Source of the DNA: Octopus vulgaris
Lineage: Eukaryota
Direction: 5' to 3'
Assembly: GCA_951406725.2 (NCBI GenBank)
Contig: OX597836.1
Coordinates: 2,604,001 to 2,668,000 of the forward strand
DNA: 64,000 nucleotides
A program made the position numbers and the translations under genes. A model generated the notes under the pieces. The model was given only the letters and a program-made list of their open reading frames with translations, had not been told where the DNA came from and searched no databases. Positions 13,921 through 28,219 of this stretch are shown in pieces. Positions within the stretch are counted from its first letter, which is position 1. Each line of letters starts with the position of its first letter.

Positions 13921-15319
13921 ACTTTATATGTTTCTGCTAATTACTTTCACAAAATAATTATGAGTAAATTCATAAATTATAGACTTCAACCACGCGTGTG
14001 CTTTACGTCAAATACCCACTTTGCACATTTAAAAAAGCGAGTTAATCAAAACCTATTTAAAAATGGAATTAGTTACAGCTGCGACACAGAAGAAGGGAAA
14101 GTCAAATAGAAGAATGTGGAATACACCATTAAAAACACATAAGAGTATTTCACTTGAACTACAGACACTTAAGTAACGCAAATACTGCGCAAAACCACCA
14201 GGGGTAATCTGATCGCACATCTACTGTAACACAGACGAATCGTTTATCGTGAATCCAAGGACATTTTTGCTCTTCATATAATTCCTTATAAAGTCTCTCT
14301 ATATCAAGCTATTCATCTACATCGTGTCTTCACATGAGAATCCTTGATTGTAGCATATAATCTTAGGCTGCAGAAAGATCAATTCAAGTTCCATAATGAG
14401 ATCTGTGTTAAATTTTAAACAAAAATTCTGCTGAGACCCTTCGAATTAATGCTGAAGTCGATCCTCTAAATTACAGCAGACTCGTGTTTCGTTTTCTATG
14501 GATGTTGGCATTCTATTTTGTTTGTTTTCGTCTTGGATTCCTTCTTGCCTGGTTATTAATTTGGGTTTCAATATGGATTACAACTTTAATCGTTTTCATT
14601 ATTATCTTCTGCTAATATTTATTTTGTTGGGGGTGGGTATTCCATTTATAATGGCATAGATAAACCTAGAACTATAGACTAGGATAATGAAACATATAAC
14701 AAAATAACTCGAAATGAAAAAAAATCATTCTACAGCTTCAGGTTGTGTCTGGGATTCTGGTGTTCAAGAATACATAAGATAACAAAATGGTTTCTAACCG
14801 AAGATTTGATTAACCAAAACTTCCTGGGACATATTGATCTCATGTTTAAAACAATACATTCAGAATAAGGCAGATGCATGGTTCGAGTCTCGTGCTCGGT
14901 TCTTAGAATAACAGTCTACCATTGTCTACTGCTTATCAAGCATATTTTATAATTTAAAGTTCTGTTTACACATAGAAACCACCACCCTCCACACACACAC
15001 ACACAGATACGTACTTATACATACAGAAGTAATGAAATGTACATACATAAATATTCCAAATCGAACATTTTTGCATACACACATATATTTATGAATGCAA
15101 CACAGTTTTGAGAGAGATGTATGCGTAGGCAAGAGGCAGTGTACAGTTTATATTCAGTCAAGATATAAACAATAAACAACGCTATACAAGTGCGACAGAC
15201 AATCAGAAATACGTGTCTGTCTGTATCACGTCTCCAACACAACAAAACCAGTGAAAACCGCCATTGAATACGAAATAGGAGCAGCAGATTTATAGACGCA
15301 TCAGCAATACATATATTAT

Positions 15320-15374
<55 letters not shown>

Positions 15375-15411
15375 CATACATACACACACACACACATACA
15401 TACATACACAC

Positions 15412-15461
<50 letters not shown>

Positions 15462-15540
15462 TATATACATATATTTATGCATATATCCATACAGATTCAT
15501 CACACACACAGACACACACACACACACACGCACACATATG

Positions 15541-15582
<42 letters not shown>

Positions 15583-16332
15583 CATTCCACAGGTGCACTC
15601 AAACATATACATACACACATGTCTGACTATGTATACACACATATATATTCGTATATATGTATGTGTGTGTGTGTATGTATATGCATGTATATATGGATAT
15701 ATAAGTAGATATGTAAGTTTGTATTATCTATATATTTATATGACGTGAAATGTATTGAATTTATGACATGAAATGTAAGAACATAAATCTACTGAGGTTG
15801 TGTTTGGCGTGGGTTGGACGGGTATTCAATAAAAACATACAATTGGCTCATAAACACACAAACACACACACACACACAGGTGTGTCTTTGTTTGCGGGTG
15901 TGCGTGTATATATATATATATATGGAAAGTGTGTCTGTGTGTGTAAGACATAGAGAGAAAGAGAGAGATGGGAAGAGATAGGGAAGGGTAGAGACAAACT
16001 CATATACCTATGGCTCGATAAATGACTATTTACACCCGAGTTTGGTAACGTCTTTATTCCATTTCTACATGACTCTGTCCATTCCTCCACTGTGGTACTG
16101 AGTTCTCTATGATTTCGATGTTAATTATTCAAAGAATCAACTCACATGCCTAGGGAAAAATCGTTTCAGTATGTCTGTGGAAATAAGACTGATGTCTAGG
16201 CGAGACAAATATTGTCATTCACAATGACGTGTGGATGTGTGTTTGTGAATATGTGTATCTAAATCTATATATATATATGTGCGTATACATGTATATACAT
16301 CTATATATATACGTGTACATATATACATATAC

Positions 16333-16420
<88 letters not shown>

Positions 16421-16492
16421 GTATATATATTTACGTACATATATACATATGCACAGACATACACATATGTACATACGCAAATATATCCCCTG

Positions 16493-16589
<97 letters not shown>

Positions 16590-16704
16590 GAGTGTGTGAG
16601 GTGTGTGAGTGTAGACTGAGAGAGAGTGAAAGTCAGAAGCAAAATTTTGTGTAAAGCATCATTATTAAACATTGCTAAGTGCACATACAATGTTCGTTGT
16701 TGTT

Positions 16705-17141
16705 ATTATTAATATTATTATTATTATTATTATTTTCGTTATCACCTTTCATTTCTGTTTCCATTTCTTGCCGAGTATCTTCCTGACACCTAGGGCAGAG
16801 AAACCCACTGTATACGTTGTTAGTTCATTGAAATAAACACACCAGAGTGTTCAGTTACAAAGCCATCTGTTACGGCCTCAGGGTGGTGCTTGTACCATTT
16901 GCCAGCAGTTTTAATCTTACAATGCTCTCTCTAGATTGATAAGACTTCCACACTTATCAGCCCCTTTCCTCCATTTGCTCTTTTCGGCACGTAGGCGATC
17001 AGTGTCTGCATGTGGATGATGGGCTGCATGCATCGTTAAGAGATATCTTCACTTCCTGTCCATCCGTTCTTGCTTCTCCCCTGACCACTTTCGGATTCCA
17101 GCGCCATACCTAACTATTACAACTGCGCGCGAGTTTATTGC
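16705..17141 (-). mobile_element. R4/Dong-like non-LTR retrotransposon remnant (RT thumb region plus probable 3' end with (TAA)n tail)
   Basis: Minus strand 17141-16945 reads AINSRAVVIVRYGAGIRKWSGEKQERMDRK*RYLLTMHAAHHPHADTDRL, then after a frameshift ANGGKGLISVE, a typical R4/Dong RT thumb. It ends in (AAT)n at 16705-16735. Confidence 0.8.
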
Positions 17142-17289
17142 CGAAATCATGTTTCTGGCATTCAGCTTTGAAGCCGACATTTTTCTCACTCGTCGCTAGG
17201 TGTCTCTTTTTGGTTTTTCCTTCATGTCGTTCTGTTTCATTCCGTCTGCCTCGTTTCTCTTGGTATTTCATAAAATTGTCGTAATATGC

Positions 17290-17458
17290 AGATGACAACA
17301 CCTTACGTAGGTTGAAGATCTTCCTTAGCCAAGGGTTCTGGTGTTTCTCCTCCTTTCCATATCCACTATCTGCGACCCTTGATATTTTTATAGAGAACCC
17401 AATTCCCGTCACCAGTCGCTATTCGGTCCAAAAATCGTTCATCCGTGATACCTGACAG
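17290..17458 (-). mobile_element. mariner transposase fragment
   Basis: FLDRIATGDGNWVLYKNIKGRR*WIWKGGETPEPLAKEDLQP, cf. FL.RIVTGDEKW..Y.N..R...W...GE.P...K..LHP. Confidence 0.8.
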
Positions 17459-18419
17459 TCCTTACTCTGTAATATCTGTACATGAGTTCTTAAGTGGTTT
17501 ATTCACCATTTGGATACATGGGTAACTGTTTCTTACTCATTATTCTCATTTTCTGCGATTTTACATATATCAAAAGGTTGTGTTATAACACTATTCCACA
17601 TATACAAAAACATCCACACCAACAATCCAACGCACCCCCATCATCAGCTGCTCCACAGGTATCATTATGGTTTCGACATTATGAGTAGTTGTAGTATGAA
17701 ATCTTGATTAACGATCTACCTCGGAGCTAATTTTTAGTTCTAAATTATTACTATCACTTTTTGTTTTGGACTGATAAATTTGTGATCTGTTTTATGGGAT
17801 TTTTTTTTTAACGTGTTTATATATTTCTTACTATTTTTATTTATTTCATCCATGATGTATATTTCAGTGAATGCAATGTTACGTTTCCATAGAAGGCATA
17901 AATTAACATGTACATTTACATGGGAACAGCAAATATCAATATAGATATCACATGATATGTAGAGGTGAAATAACTATTAGGAAAGCTTTTAAATTCTCCT
18001 TCGCAACCGATGCATTAGATAAATAAATCTATAATATCAACCAAACATACATCATCAATGAGTATTCGACCAATTTCATAGACCAGCGCTAGAAGAATAC
18101 AGCGATGTAACGCAACTACAATACCTTTCAAAATAACACAAGTCACACGTAAACAATATTAAATAAATGAAATACATACAAAGTATAGAATACACGAAAC
18201 CCATTCGCAAAAATTACATAAAAGAAACGCCGAATGCCATCCACTACATTATTATCTTCACAAATTTATACCGGAATATCTCATTTGATAATATGAAAAT
18301 CAAAAGGTAACTTGATTTCGTAATTCGGAATATCAGGTTACGACCAGATTTTTCGGGAACTTATTTCTTCCGTAAAATGAGACTCTCATCTACCCACATC
18401 ATGTACATTATATATACAT

Positions 18420-18945
18420 GTCCCGGTGTTTCTCCTTTCCCTATCCACTGTCTTCGGCGCTTGACATTTTTACAGAAAACCCATTTCTCGTTACCAGTCA
18501 GTATTCGGTCTTAAAATGGTTCATTGAAGAGACGCGACAGCAACGAAGAGAATACACTCAGCCTCTGCGCGCGATTAGACTTGGAAACTTTGTGAGGAAC
18601 CTATTGACCTAAGTTTATGACTTTTCCAATGGCACGCAGGTGTCGATCAATGGTTGAATGACCAAATCGAAGCTTCTCTTCTAGTTCCTCAATAGCTACA
18701 ATGTGATTTTGTTCCACCAGGTATTGCAGAACGGCCTCGTCGAGCTTTACAGATCTTCCAAGACGAAGCTCGTCTTCTAGACTAAATTCCAGCCGAGAAT
18801 TTATAGAATCGCCGTTGACACTGGCCTACGCTTATTGTCCGATCCCCTTATACTGTATTAATATTCCTCACACTTCCCGTGCGTTGTTGCCATTATGGAA
18901 CTCATAAAGCAAAATATGCAGAATATGTTTAGTTGTCAATTCCAT
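18420..18945 (-). mobile_element. mariner transposase N-terminal half, pseudogenised
   Basis: MELTTKHILHILLYEF…SLEDELRLGRS…STIDRHLRAIGKV…Q*VPHKV…DRILTGNEKWVF.KN: HTH region, the WVPHEL linker and the first catalytic-D motif, with stops and frameshifts. Confidence 0.88.
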
Positions 18946-19199
18946 TATAGCCTTAAAAAAATTACTTTTAAAATTGAAATGCACTCTTCAAAGTTTGCAC
19001 TAAGAATAAGTACAAGATAAAATTACTAACTGGTTTTAGAGTGAGTTGATGCAGGTAGCTTATTCTGCCCCCCTCCTACTTTTAGGTAATGCAATTGAAA
19101 AAAAAAAAACGCTTTATTTATGAGATGACCCAATATATACAGTGAGCAGTGAGTAGCCTGTTCGGAAGTTCGAACCTGAATCAAGCATATCCGAATTGA

Positions 19200-19470
19200 T
19201 GATAACATTGCTTGTTCACTTATCACCAGATATTTTAGTATTTGGGTACTTCTTCTAGTGGTTTCTTTCACTGAACCTCTCAGAAACGAGGACGTAAACA
19301 TACCAGTACGCATTTCCGAGCGGTGACCAAACACGAACACAACTACACACGCATATACATATATATTCAATGGGCTTTCATTCATTTTCCGTCTATCAGA
19401 CTCACTCAGACGACATTGGTAGGCCTGGAGCTATCGTTGAAGAAAATTGCCGAAGGTTCCACGGATTGGC
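19200..19470 (-). mobile_element. SINE family B copy (decayed)
   Basis: GGGCTTTCATTCATTTTCCGTCTATC..ACTCACTC…CTATCGTTGAAGA matches family B. Confidence 0.6.
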
Positions 19471-19631
19471 ATTAGACCCGAAAGCACAAAGTGTTTGTTA
19501 GGTGGACTCCTTTTACTCTACAGCCGCTTTGGTGTGGAAGGGATGTGTTATTCTCATAACGTTCGTAGGGGCTGTCAAAACAAGTTATTCTCCAACATCC
19601 TACCACTAATATATATCTTACCTTCACATGA

Positions 19632-19665
<34 letters not shown>

Positions 19666-19827
19666 TAATTAGAAGCTAAAAGTACATCAGCCACTTAGCA
19701 ATTAAACTCTCTCAAAGAAAGAAGCTTAATTAGATGTATGTACTTTTTTTGCTTCCTTTGTTCGTGATTAATGGATTGCTTCAGTGTAGAAGTTAGCTGA
19801 AGGTAGTAGGAATGATTAAAGAGAATG

Positions 19828-19987
19828 TGAGCTAAGAAATTGGATTCCCAACTACATGGTTCCGGGTTCAGTCCCACTGCGTGGAACCTTGGGCGAGGGT
19901 CTACTTCTGTAACCTCTGACCGGCCACAGTCTTGTGAGTGAATTTCATAGACAGGAACTGAAAGAAGTCTGTATACATACATAATAC

Positions 19988-20023
<36 letters not shown>

Positions 20024-20224
20024 CCTAAAATTAGGGAATGGATTAGATAATTTTTTAATAGCTAGCAGACCTCGGAAGTAGTAATTATCCAAACGAGGAT
20101 ACTTTAATTAAATTTACATTGTCGTTAAGTGATCCCGTGTTAATCAGGAAGGGATCCAATCGAAATGGGCAGAAAGCACATTTCGAGAGGAAAGCATATT
20201 TGTGAAGAACTAAAAATAAAAGAC

Positions 20225-20280
<56 letters not shown>

Positions 20281-20520
20281 GCTTACCTACACCACATGCA
20301 TGTGTATGTGTGCCTTTGTATCTGTGTTGCTCATCCACCTCCACTTGACAACCGATGTTAGTGTGTTTATATCCCTTTAAATTAGCGGTTCGTAAAAAGT
20401 GCCTGATAGAATAAGGACCAGTCTTTTCAAAAAAGTAATAAATACTGCAGACAAATTCTTTCGACAGAATATTCTTCAAGGCGGTGCCCCAGCAGGGTCA
20501 CAGTCTAATTACAGAAACTA
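19828..20520 (+). mobile_element. SINE family B, head (19828-19975) and tail (20300-20520) separated by expanded (TA)n and inserted sequence
   Basis: GGTTCAGTCCCACTGCGTGGAACCTTGGGC head/core, and TTGACAACCGATGTTAGTGTGTTTA…GATAGAATAAG tail. Confidence 0.7.
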
Positions 20521-21539
20521 GAAAAAACACAGAAGATAACATAAGAGAAAAGGTTAAGATATATATATCTGTAAAAAATTACTTAAAGAAAAGTTGTGTT
20601 TATAAAGTGAGAACTAACTGAATAATCCCAATAAAAATTTTACTAACATCACATTCTACCAAAACAATTGCTTCTGACAGATTCGTCTTTGTACAACCCC
20701 TTCAGTCTTATATAATTATTTTCATTGAAAAAATATTCTTTCAACTAGTATTTGGGAGACTGACGTGGCTTTTACTGTCCTATCTACATTGCAAATAACC
20801 TCTACGTAAGCAGATACGATTTTTGCCTCTTGATGTGAATTCTTCTCAAGTCAGTTTTAATTGAGTCATATATTTCCTCGTTTTTAAATCAATTAAAAAA
20901 GAATTCTCAGAAATTTGTCTAAAACACATTAGAAACCATGTTTCAATTTTTCAATACGACAGAAATAATTGCTTTCAAATTTGGGCAGAATTTATATTTA
21001 TTTTATCGGCCCCTGGACCAAAGTAATCCATGGATTTCTGACGGATTAGTAAAAACAAAATTGTTAACTCTTTTGACTTTGTTGCTCATCTTTACTAATT
21101 AATTATTCCACTGCTAAAATGTTTCTGGGACGAAATTGTCCCACGCGTGACCTTGAAAAGGACTGAATTTAAAATAGATATATTTCTAAACATATTGTTA
21201 TAGAATAGTTTCTTACATTAATACATACTGAAATGGTTTTCTGATAATAAATGTGATAAAAGTGTTCGGGATTTGATGTTCTAGCAGAGTATCTTATGCG
21301 TTTCTTTTGTTCAAACCGTTTTGTGTTGCATTCGTATATTCCATTTCGTTGAAGGAGTTCAAAGTAAAAATTTCTATAACGGTTTTAATGGCGGAAAGTG
21401 AAGTAGATAAATCCATGAAATTACAGCTTGCAGAATGTTGATCTCAATAAATATATAAATAAATAAATAAATAAATAAAAAGGACCCAAATATATATATG
21501 GGGAATGCTACCCGTCAGATATCAACTGTAAACCATTAT

Positions 21540-22553
21540 AACAAAGCATAATGTGGAATTTTCTCCGTCCATTTTTATCTCTCAAAATTTCCAAATTCTT
21601 ATATTATAAACAGCTTACGTTGATAAGAACCAAGATTCGAAATTGGATTGGAATACCAGAACGTTCCTCATATTTACTGCCGACGAGAGTGTGACAGACC
21701 GCTTTCGCCTTTTCCCAACCAAGAAGTTTTTAACCTAATGTCTTACAAGCTGTTAAGTGTAGCTTTAGTTCGAGTTCCATCACCAGAAATCATTTCATAA
21801 CCCTAGCAGATTTTTAATTATTATGATGCAAAAATATTTTATCCTCACGTAAAGGAATGAGTTTGAGCAACCAAAATGTTTTGCGTCTTCGTTTCGTTCT
21901 TTGATTTTAAGCAGTGTTCGTGAAGTGTTTATAATGCAGTCTTGTGAATTGTTTCAGGAAAACAATTTTGTGAATTCAATACAAAATTCTTTGATTTGCA
22001 GCACTGGTGTATCACCAAACATAAATCGATCCTCCGCAAAACAAAATTCATACTGCTCCTTGAGGATTCGATGGAAATTGGAAATTGCTAATAATCTAAA
22101 TAATCGTCGCTATTCAGCAGCGAATTCACTGTTAACATTTCGCCTCCAACCAGTTTGTATAAAATATTAAATCATCATCTTGCAAAACACTTTGTTACTA
22201 TAAAAGCGTGCAAGAGATCTGTAAACGTATCATTTTTGCCTGCCAGCATTTTTAGTGAAGAGTTTTGGGTATCTGGAACTTAGTGCAAAATTTCTACTTA
22301 AAGCAATATTTGACCCTGAAATTAGAGCTTTCTTGGTTCCATCTCTACACTAAAAATCTCCTTTTCCTGCATATTTTCGGAAAACAGGATTTCTTTGAGT
22401 AGAGTTCAGGCTGAAGCGGTCCTTTCCTCTAGTGCTTCCATTAAACAATTTTCAGTTGGAAGCCATTGACCCTTTATCAATATCCTCTAAACGTTCACCA
22501 CAAATTGTTATTTGTTCATCATTTAAATGTATTCTCTCTTCATCTTCCAATAT
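21540..22553 (-). pseudogene. Decayed coding sequence, probably transposon-derived, with a possible herpes-tegument-type (peptidase C76-like) cysteine protease signature
   Basis: Long, nearly open minus frame (ILEDEERIHLNDEQ…ALSRNFALSSRYPKLFTKNAGRQK*), followed in shifted frames by VLQDDDLIFY, YLDY*QFP and GYEMISGDGT. The family assignment is recalled by motif only. Confidence 0.35.
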
Positions 22554-22567
22554 CTATAGAATATCTA

Positions 22568-22730
22568 AGGTGGCGAGGTGACAGAGCTGTTAGCACGCCG
22601 GACAAAATGTTTCATGGCATTTCGTCCGTCTTTACGTTCTGAATTCAAATTCCTCTGAGGTCGACTTTGCGTTTCATCCTTACGGTGCTCGTTAAAAGAA
22701 GTAGCAGACAAGCACAGGGGTTGATGCAAT
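22568..22730 (+). mobile_element. SINE family A copy
   Basis: AGGTGGCGAGGTGACAGAG head and GAGGTCGACTTTGCGTTTCATCCTT core. Confidence 0.85.
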
Positions 22731-22755
22731 TTACACACACAGACATGCACACTGG

Positions 22756-22816
<61 letters not shown>

Positions 22817-23040
22817 TTGTCCCATATTTGTCCCCAAAATATTTTCAACCTCTTTTATTATTCTCTCCGATCATTCTACCGAAATGGGGCTCGTGACGTA
22901 GAGTTTCTTCCCTTCTGTTTTAATCGTTACACTACTGGGTCTGTTTAAGCTTCCCCCACATTCTCCTCTTTTCGTGCTTGGAGACTACTTAATCTACATA
23001 TATACATACATAAACACATATATAAAAATAATAAATAAAT

Positions 23041-23284
23041 GCGCCCTTTTAAAGCCTAGCCAGGCTTATGGGCCCGGTTTCCCGGTTTCTATGGCGTATG
23101 TGTTCCCCAGCTGGACGGGATGCCAGTCCATCGCAGCGTTAATCATTTTTGCCAGCTGAGTGAACTGGAGCAACGTGAGATGAAGTGTTTTGCTTTAGAA
23201 CACAACGCGTCGCCCGGTTCAGGAATCGAAACCACAATCTTACGATCATGATGCTGACAAACTAGGCACTAAGTCACGCGTCTC
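23041..23284 (-). mobile_element. tRNA-derived SINE with V-domain-like segment
   Basis: GACGGGATGCCAGTCCATCGCAG and GAAGTGTTTTGC…AACACAAC…GAATCGAAACC. The tRNA-like head is at the right end on the minus strand. Confidence 0.7.
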
Positions 23285-23859
23285 CACACACGCATATACT
23301 TACATACATACATATATATATAAATATATACATATATTTGTGTGTGTATATATGTGCGTGCGTGTATATATATATACTCACAAACACATTTGTATATATA
23401 CATATATGTGCGTGTGTTGGCGTATGTGTATATCTGAGCGTATATACGTGAGGGTGAGGACACAAACATTTCTAGGGCGAAAATGATACACCATGTATAT
23501 ATATATATATATATGTATATATATGTATGTATTGTTTATCATAAACGCTCGTTTATGTCTCCAATTTTTATTTCATACACTTACCATAATTGTCTTTATA
23601 TATAACCGTTTTAAATACATCATAATTGTCCTTTACGGGTATCATATGCCAGTATCATAGAGACGGAGGCTAATGATGGCCTATCCGATTACCAATTGTA
23701 GGAGGTCGACCGATATGTGTATCCACTTTAAGTGTTAATGTTTCTCCCATTCACTCAATCTCTCCATCATGTAGTTGTTGCCTGCTCTCTTGCTTTGTGC
23801 ATCTGTTTCTTATCATTCTGGGTTTGTTATTTTTTCTAATTTAGAAAGATATATATTTG

Positions 23860-24600
23860 ACAGTATTACTATCCTTAATATTGAAGAGATCATTAGAAAT
23901 TGATATAGGACGTTAAACTTAAGTACGAATATGAGCGTAATAGAGGACTGGTTATATGACTATATATATAAGTAGTCAGAGTTATAAATATTTCGCTTAC
24001 GTATTGCGAATCAAATAAACTGTTATAGAACTTAATATACGTATTGTTGAGAAATTTATGAAATTTCGAAACATAGGAATAATATAAACTTATTGAATAA
24101 CCGTTCTGTACTAGGATTATCCTGCATACATTGTGCCACCCGTACTTTTAAGTATTTTAAATAATAGCATTCTGATCATTTCTAAATTTTCAAATCTTAA
24201 TGTTTTGTAACCAAATAAGGAAATAATATACCATACTAGCTTTTATTTAACCGGCATAGATTATTAAGAAATTTTATAATATAAATAAATTTAATAAAGT
24301 GATGTTAAACTCTTTTGATACTTTCCTATAAACGATTGCATAAATTCCAAATTTTAATATATCTTATAGGCTCTTGATATATGTGCTAATTGATAAGGTA
24401 TTTTTTACAGGTAATAAATATCATGTCTAGCATATTCCTTTAATTCAACTCAGTAATAAAAATAAATCACTATTTACTAACTAACTATAAATCTATATTA
24501 ATGAAAATTGATATATATGATATATATTCTTGTTTATCTCCATTGAACCAAATAAAAATACCCTCCCCATTGATAAATCTAAATAGCAAAGTGAAATCAG
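23860..24600 (-). mobile_element. Highly decayed Penelope-like RT fragment
   Basis: Minus strand near 24585-24535 reads FRFINGEGIFIWFNGDKQE, cf. YFRFIDDIF.IW.G..EL. Confidence 0.4.
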
Positions 24601-24924
24601 TGATACAAAATCTGCAGATGGAGAAGGTCCTTCTACTATCATGTTCTTAATGATGAAATTAACCTCTCTGTAATATTAGCAAGTGGAATAAGTATAAAAA
24701 TGTACTTTGTGTATTTAATTAAAAAAATCTATATGTGGCTGAAGATTGCTCTACATTTTAAAACTGATGTAATACTTACATTGCCTAACAAAATGAAGTA
24801 GCATGAAACGATTGTACATTGGATATCCTTGTTGCTTATATTGATTAGAGTCACCCCATTTGATTTATATAGATAATACCATACCAAATGTTAGTGCCTT
24901 TAACTTAAGTACCATATTCATCTG

Positions 24925-25310
<386 letters not shown>

Positions 25311-25974
25311 AAAAAAATAAATAAAAGAAAGTAAAAGAAAGTCATATTATAAGACTTAACTAAAAGTAACTCCAACCTGTCGATTCTTAGCAAGTTGTAG
25401 GGAAACATGTTATTTTGAATCTAGAACAGACCCATGCATAACGAGCAATATTAATAGAGAAAGCTTTTAAACTATACATTCACACACAACATGTAGACCA
25501 GGGAAAATATAATAACACATATATCCTTGAAACTGAAGCAAGGGATTATGGTTTTTATCTACTGAGGATTAACCACGATTTATGAATATGAAGCATTCAG
25601 CACGATGTATTATCGATAAAGAACACTATCTCTAAACATTTCATACGATTGCATGTAATGATTACTCAGCCTCGGTTCGTGTAAACACCTATAATTTATT
25701 TTTCCCTTATGTGATATGTTTGCGCAATATGCATATATGTATATATATATGTGTGTGTGTGTGTTTATTTGTAATTGTTTGTGTGTGTGTGTATTGTTTG
25801 CGTATATCTGCGTTTGTGTGATTGCTTGCATTGTTATGTATTTACATCGAGGCAAAATAAGAAAAATAAATAAGAAGATTGTATTTACAGCTTCAACTGA
25901 TATTGATCGGCAAAGATCAAACAAATTCATTTGTCATTTCCGATGTCAAAGTTTCTACAGCTTTAACATGAGGC

Positions 25975-26400
<426 letters not shown>

Positions 26401-26655
26401 ATATATACACCCGCATGAAACTACATCTATGCGTTATATATGTAAGCTTGTGTATATGTACATGTATGCACGTGCAAAATTATTTTTATATCATTCTACC
26501 CCTTTCTCTGGCTCTTCGTCTATTCTGTCCCTCTTTTTCTTTCTGTTTATCTCTCTCATTCCCTCCCACTTTCTCTCTCTCCCTATATATATGTGTGTGT
26601 GAGCATGTGTATGTGTGTGTGAGAATGTATGTGTGTGTGTGTGTGCAACAACGCG

Positions 26656-26694
<39 letters not shown>

Positions 26695-27423
26695 CATACA
26701 TAAATACATGTAATAACTCGTTTGACACTGAACATCTTTCCAAAGTAATCACTCTTTTTTTAAGCCCATTAAACACTGGTTTGCTATATAATTCTGCTTT
26801 ATCCAAGTTTCCACATCCTTAGAAATGAAAAGAGAACGCAAGATTTAAGAAATACACAAAAGTAAGAAAAAGTAAACAACACACAAAACAAAAAAACGCA
26901 AGATATATACACATCTATAACGAACGCTTCCAATTGTGCAAGAGCTTAAGAAGCACCGAGATGCTGGTTTTTTCAATTCTTAAAGGATTATGTGGAGAAA
27001 TGAGAATTAGCCCGAGTTTATTGCATTACGTCCACAGAGAGGATAAACGACGGATCGAAAAAAAAAAATTCGTGATTGAATCTACGAGAGATAGATACTG
27101 AAAGGGAGAAATATAACCGAAAACGAATGTATTTTGAAATGAGATACTTGTGAGCAGTGTATAGAGATATGACTGCAAATACCGTGATTGAGAGATATCC
27201 ATACACATGTACATATATATGCGTGTATATATTGAAAAGACCATCAAACACACAGAATCACAGACACAAACATACTCATATATATATATATATAATGTAT
27301 GTATATATATATGTGTTTATATATACCGGAGTAAACACATAAATGTGAAACAAGGTGGAAAAAAGAGTACTCAAATACCAGTGGTAGAGTAATATGCTTT
27401 ATTTTAAGCAGCAGAAAATTCAA

Positions 27424-27473
27424 CAAAATCTGTTACTCTGAGTTTCTCGTTGCCGTTCATCAGACAGTTTTTG
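27424..27473 (-). ncRNA. Minimal type I hammerhead ribozyme, identical mirror copy
   Basis: Exact reverse complement of 27474-27523. Confidence 0.8.
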
Positions 27474-27523
27474 CAAAAACTGTCTGATGAACGGCAACGA
27501 GAAACTCAGAGTAACAGATTTTG
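27474..27523 (+). ncRNA. Minimal type I hammerhead ribozyme (PLE-type)
   Basis: Stem I CAAAAACTGT/ACAGATTTTG (one mismatch); core CTGATGA 27484-27490; stem II CG-GCAA-CG; GAAA; stem III ACTC-A-GAGT; predicted GUA cleavage after 27513. Confidence 0.8.
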
Positions 27524-27549
27524 TTGAATTTTCTGCTGCTTAAAATAAA

Positions 27550-27596
<47 letters not shown>

Positions 27597-27679
27597 TAAA
27601 AACGGTAAGATAACAAAAGAAAGAAAGAGACCTCAATATTATGTAAATAGAGGAAATTTATCTATAAAATAATATGTAC

Positions 27680-27749
27680 AATTACTCAATAGTCAAGATA
27701 AAACTTCGGCATCTGAAACTCAGAGTTTTATTTTGACTATTGAGTAATT
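27680..27749. repeat. Inverted repeat (26-bp arms, one mismatch) with an HHR 3'-half remnant GAAACTCAGAGT
   Basis: AATTACTCAATAGTCAAGATAAAACT … AGTTTTATTTTGACTATTGAGTAATT. Confidence 0.8.
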
Positions 27750-28219
27750 ATTTTATATACATATAATTATTTTATATATATATATACATGCATACGTGCA
27801 TGTACGTACATACATTCAAACATATATATAATGATATAAGTTTACTTAAATATATTGTGTCAGTACATATGCATTCATATGTAGAAATGCATGTAAATGC
27901 ACACGTACACACGCGTGCTGTGTGTGACTGTGTGTGTGTTTGTGCATGTTCATAGACATGTATACGTGTTAGCATAATTGTAGCACTCCTAACTGATGCC
28001 TCTCTCATTTGTGACTGTCTGTCTCTCTACCTCTCTCTCTCTCTCTTTCTCTCTTTACCCATCTCTCAGTCTCTCGCGAACCTCTAGTAATTTCCCTGCA
28101 TATATTCTATTTTGCATTTAAACAACAACAACGACAACAAAACGAAAAGAACCGACAGGAAATCTAGAATGAAAAAAAAAGAAGTTATCCATCGAAAGCA
28201 AGAATAGTGTTAACACTCA

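Larger units (their letters stand above)
27397..27550. repeat. Perfect 154-bp spacerless palindrome (77-bp arms) from a PLE terminal repeat
   Basis: CTTTATTTTAAGCAGCAG…CAGACAGTTTTTG|CAAAAACTGTCTG…CTGCTGCTTAAAATAAAG, with the centre between 27473 and 27474. Confidence 0.95.

Noticed and set aside
16765-16815. HDV-like ribozyme
   Set aside because: P1 and P2 could not be completed. Better explained as the 3' end of the R4/Dong remnant.
23665-23730. Hammerhead-like CTAATGA…GGTCGACC
   Set aside because: Both halves of the catalytic core are altered. At best a dead remnant.
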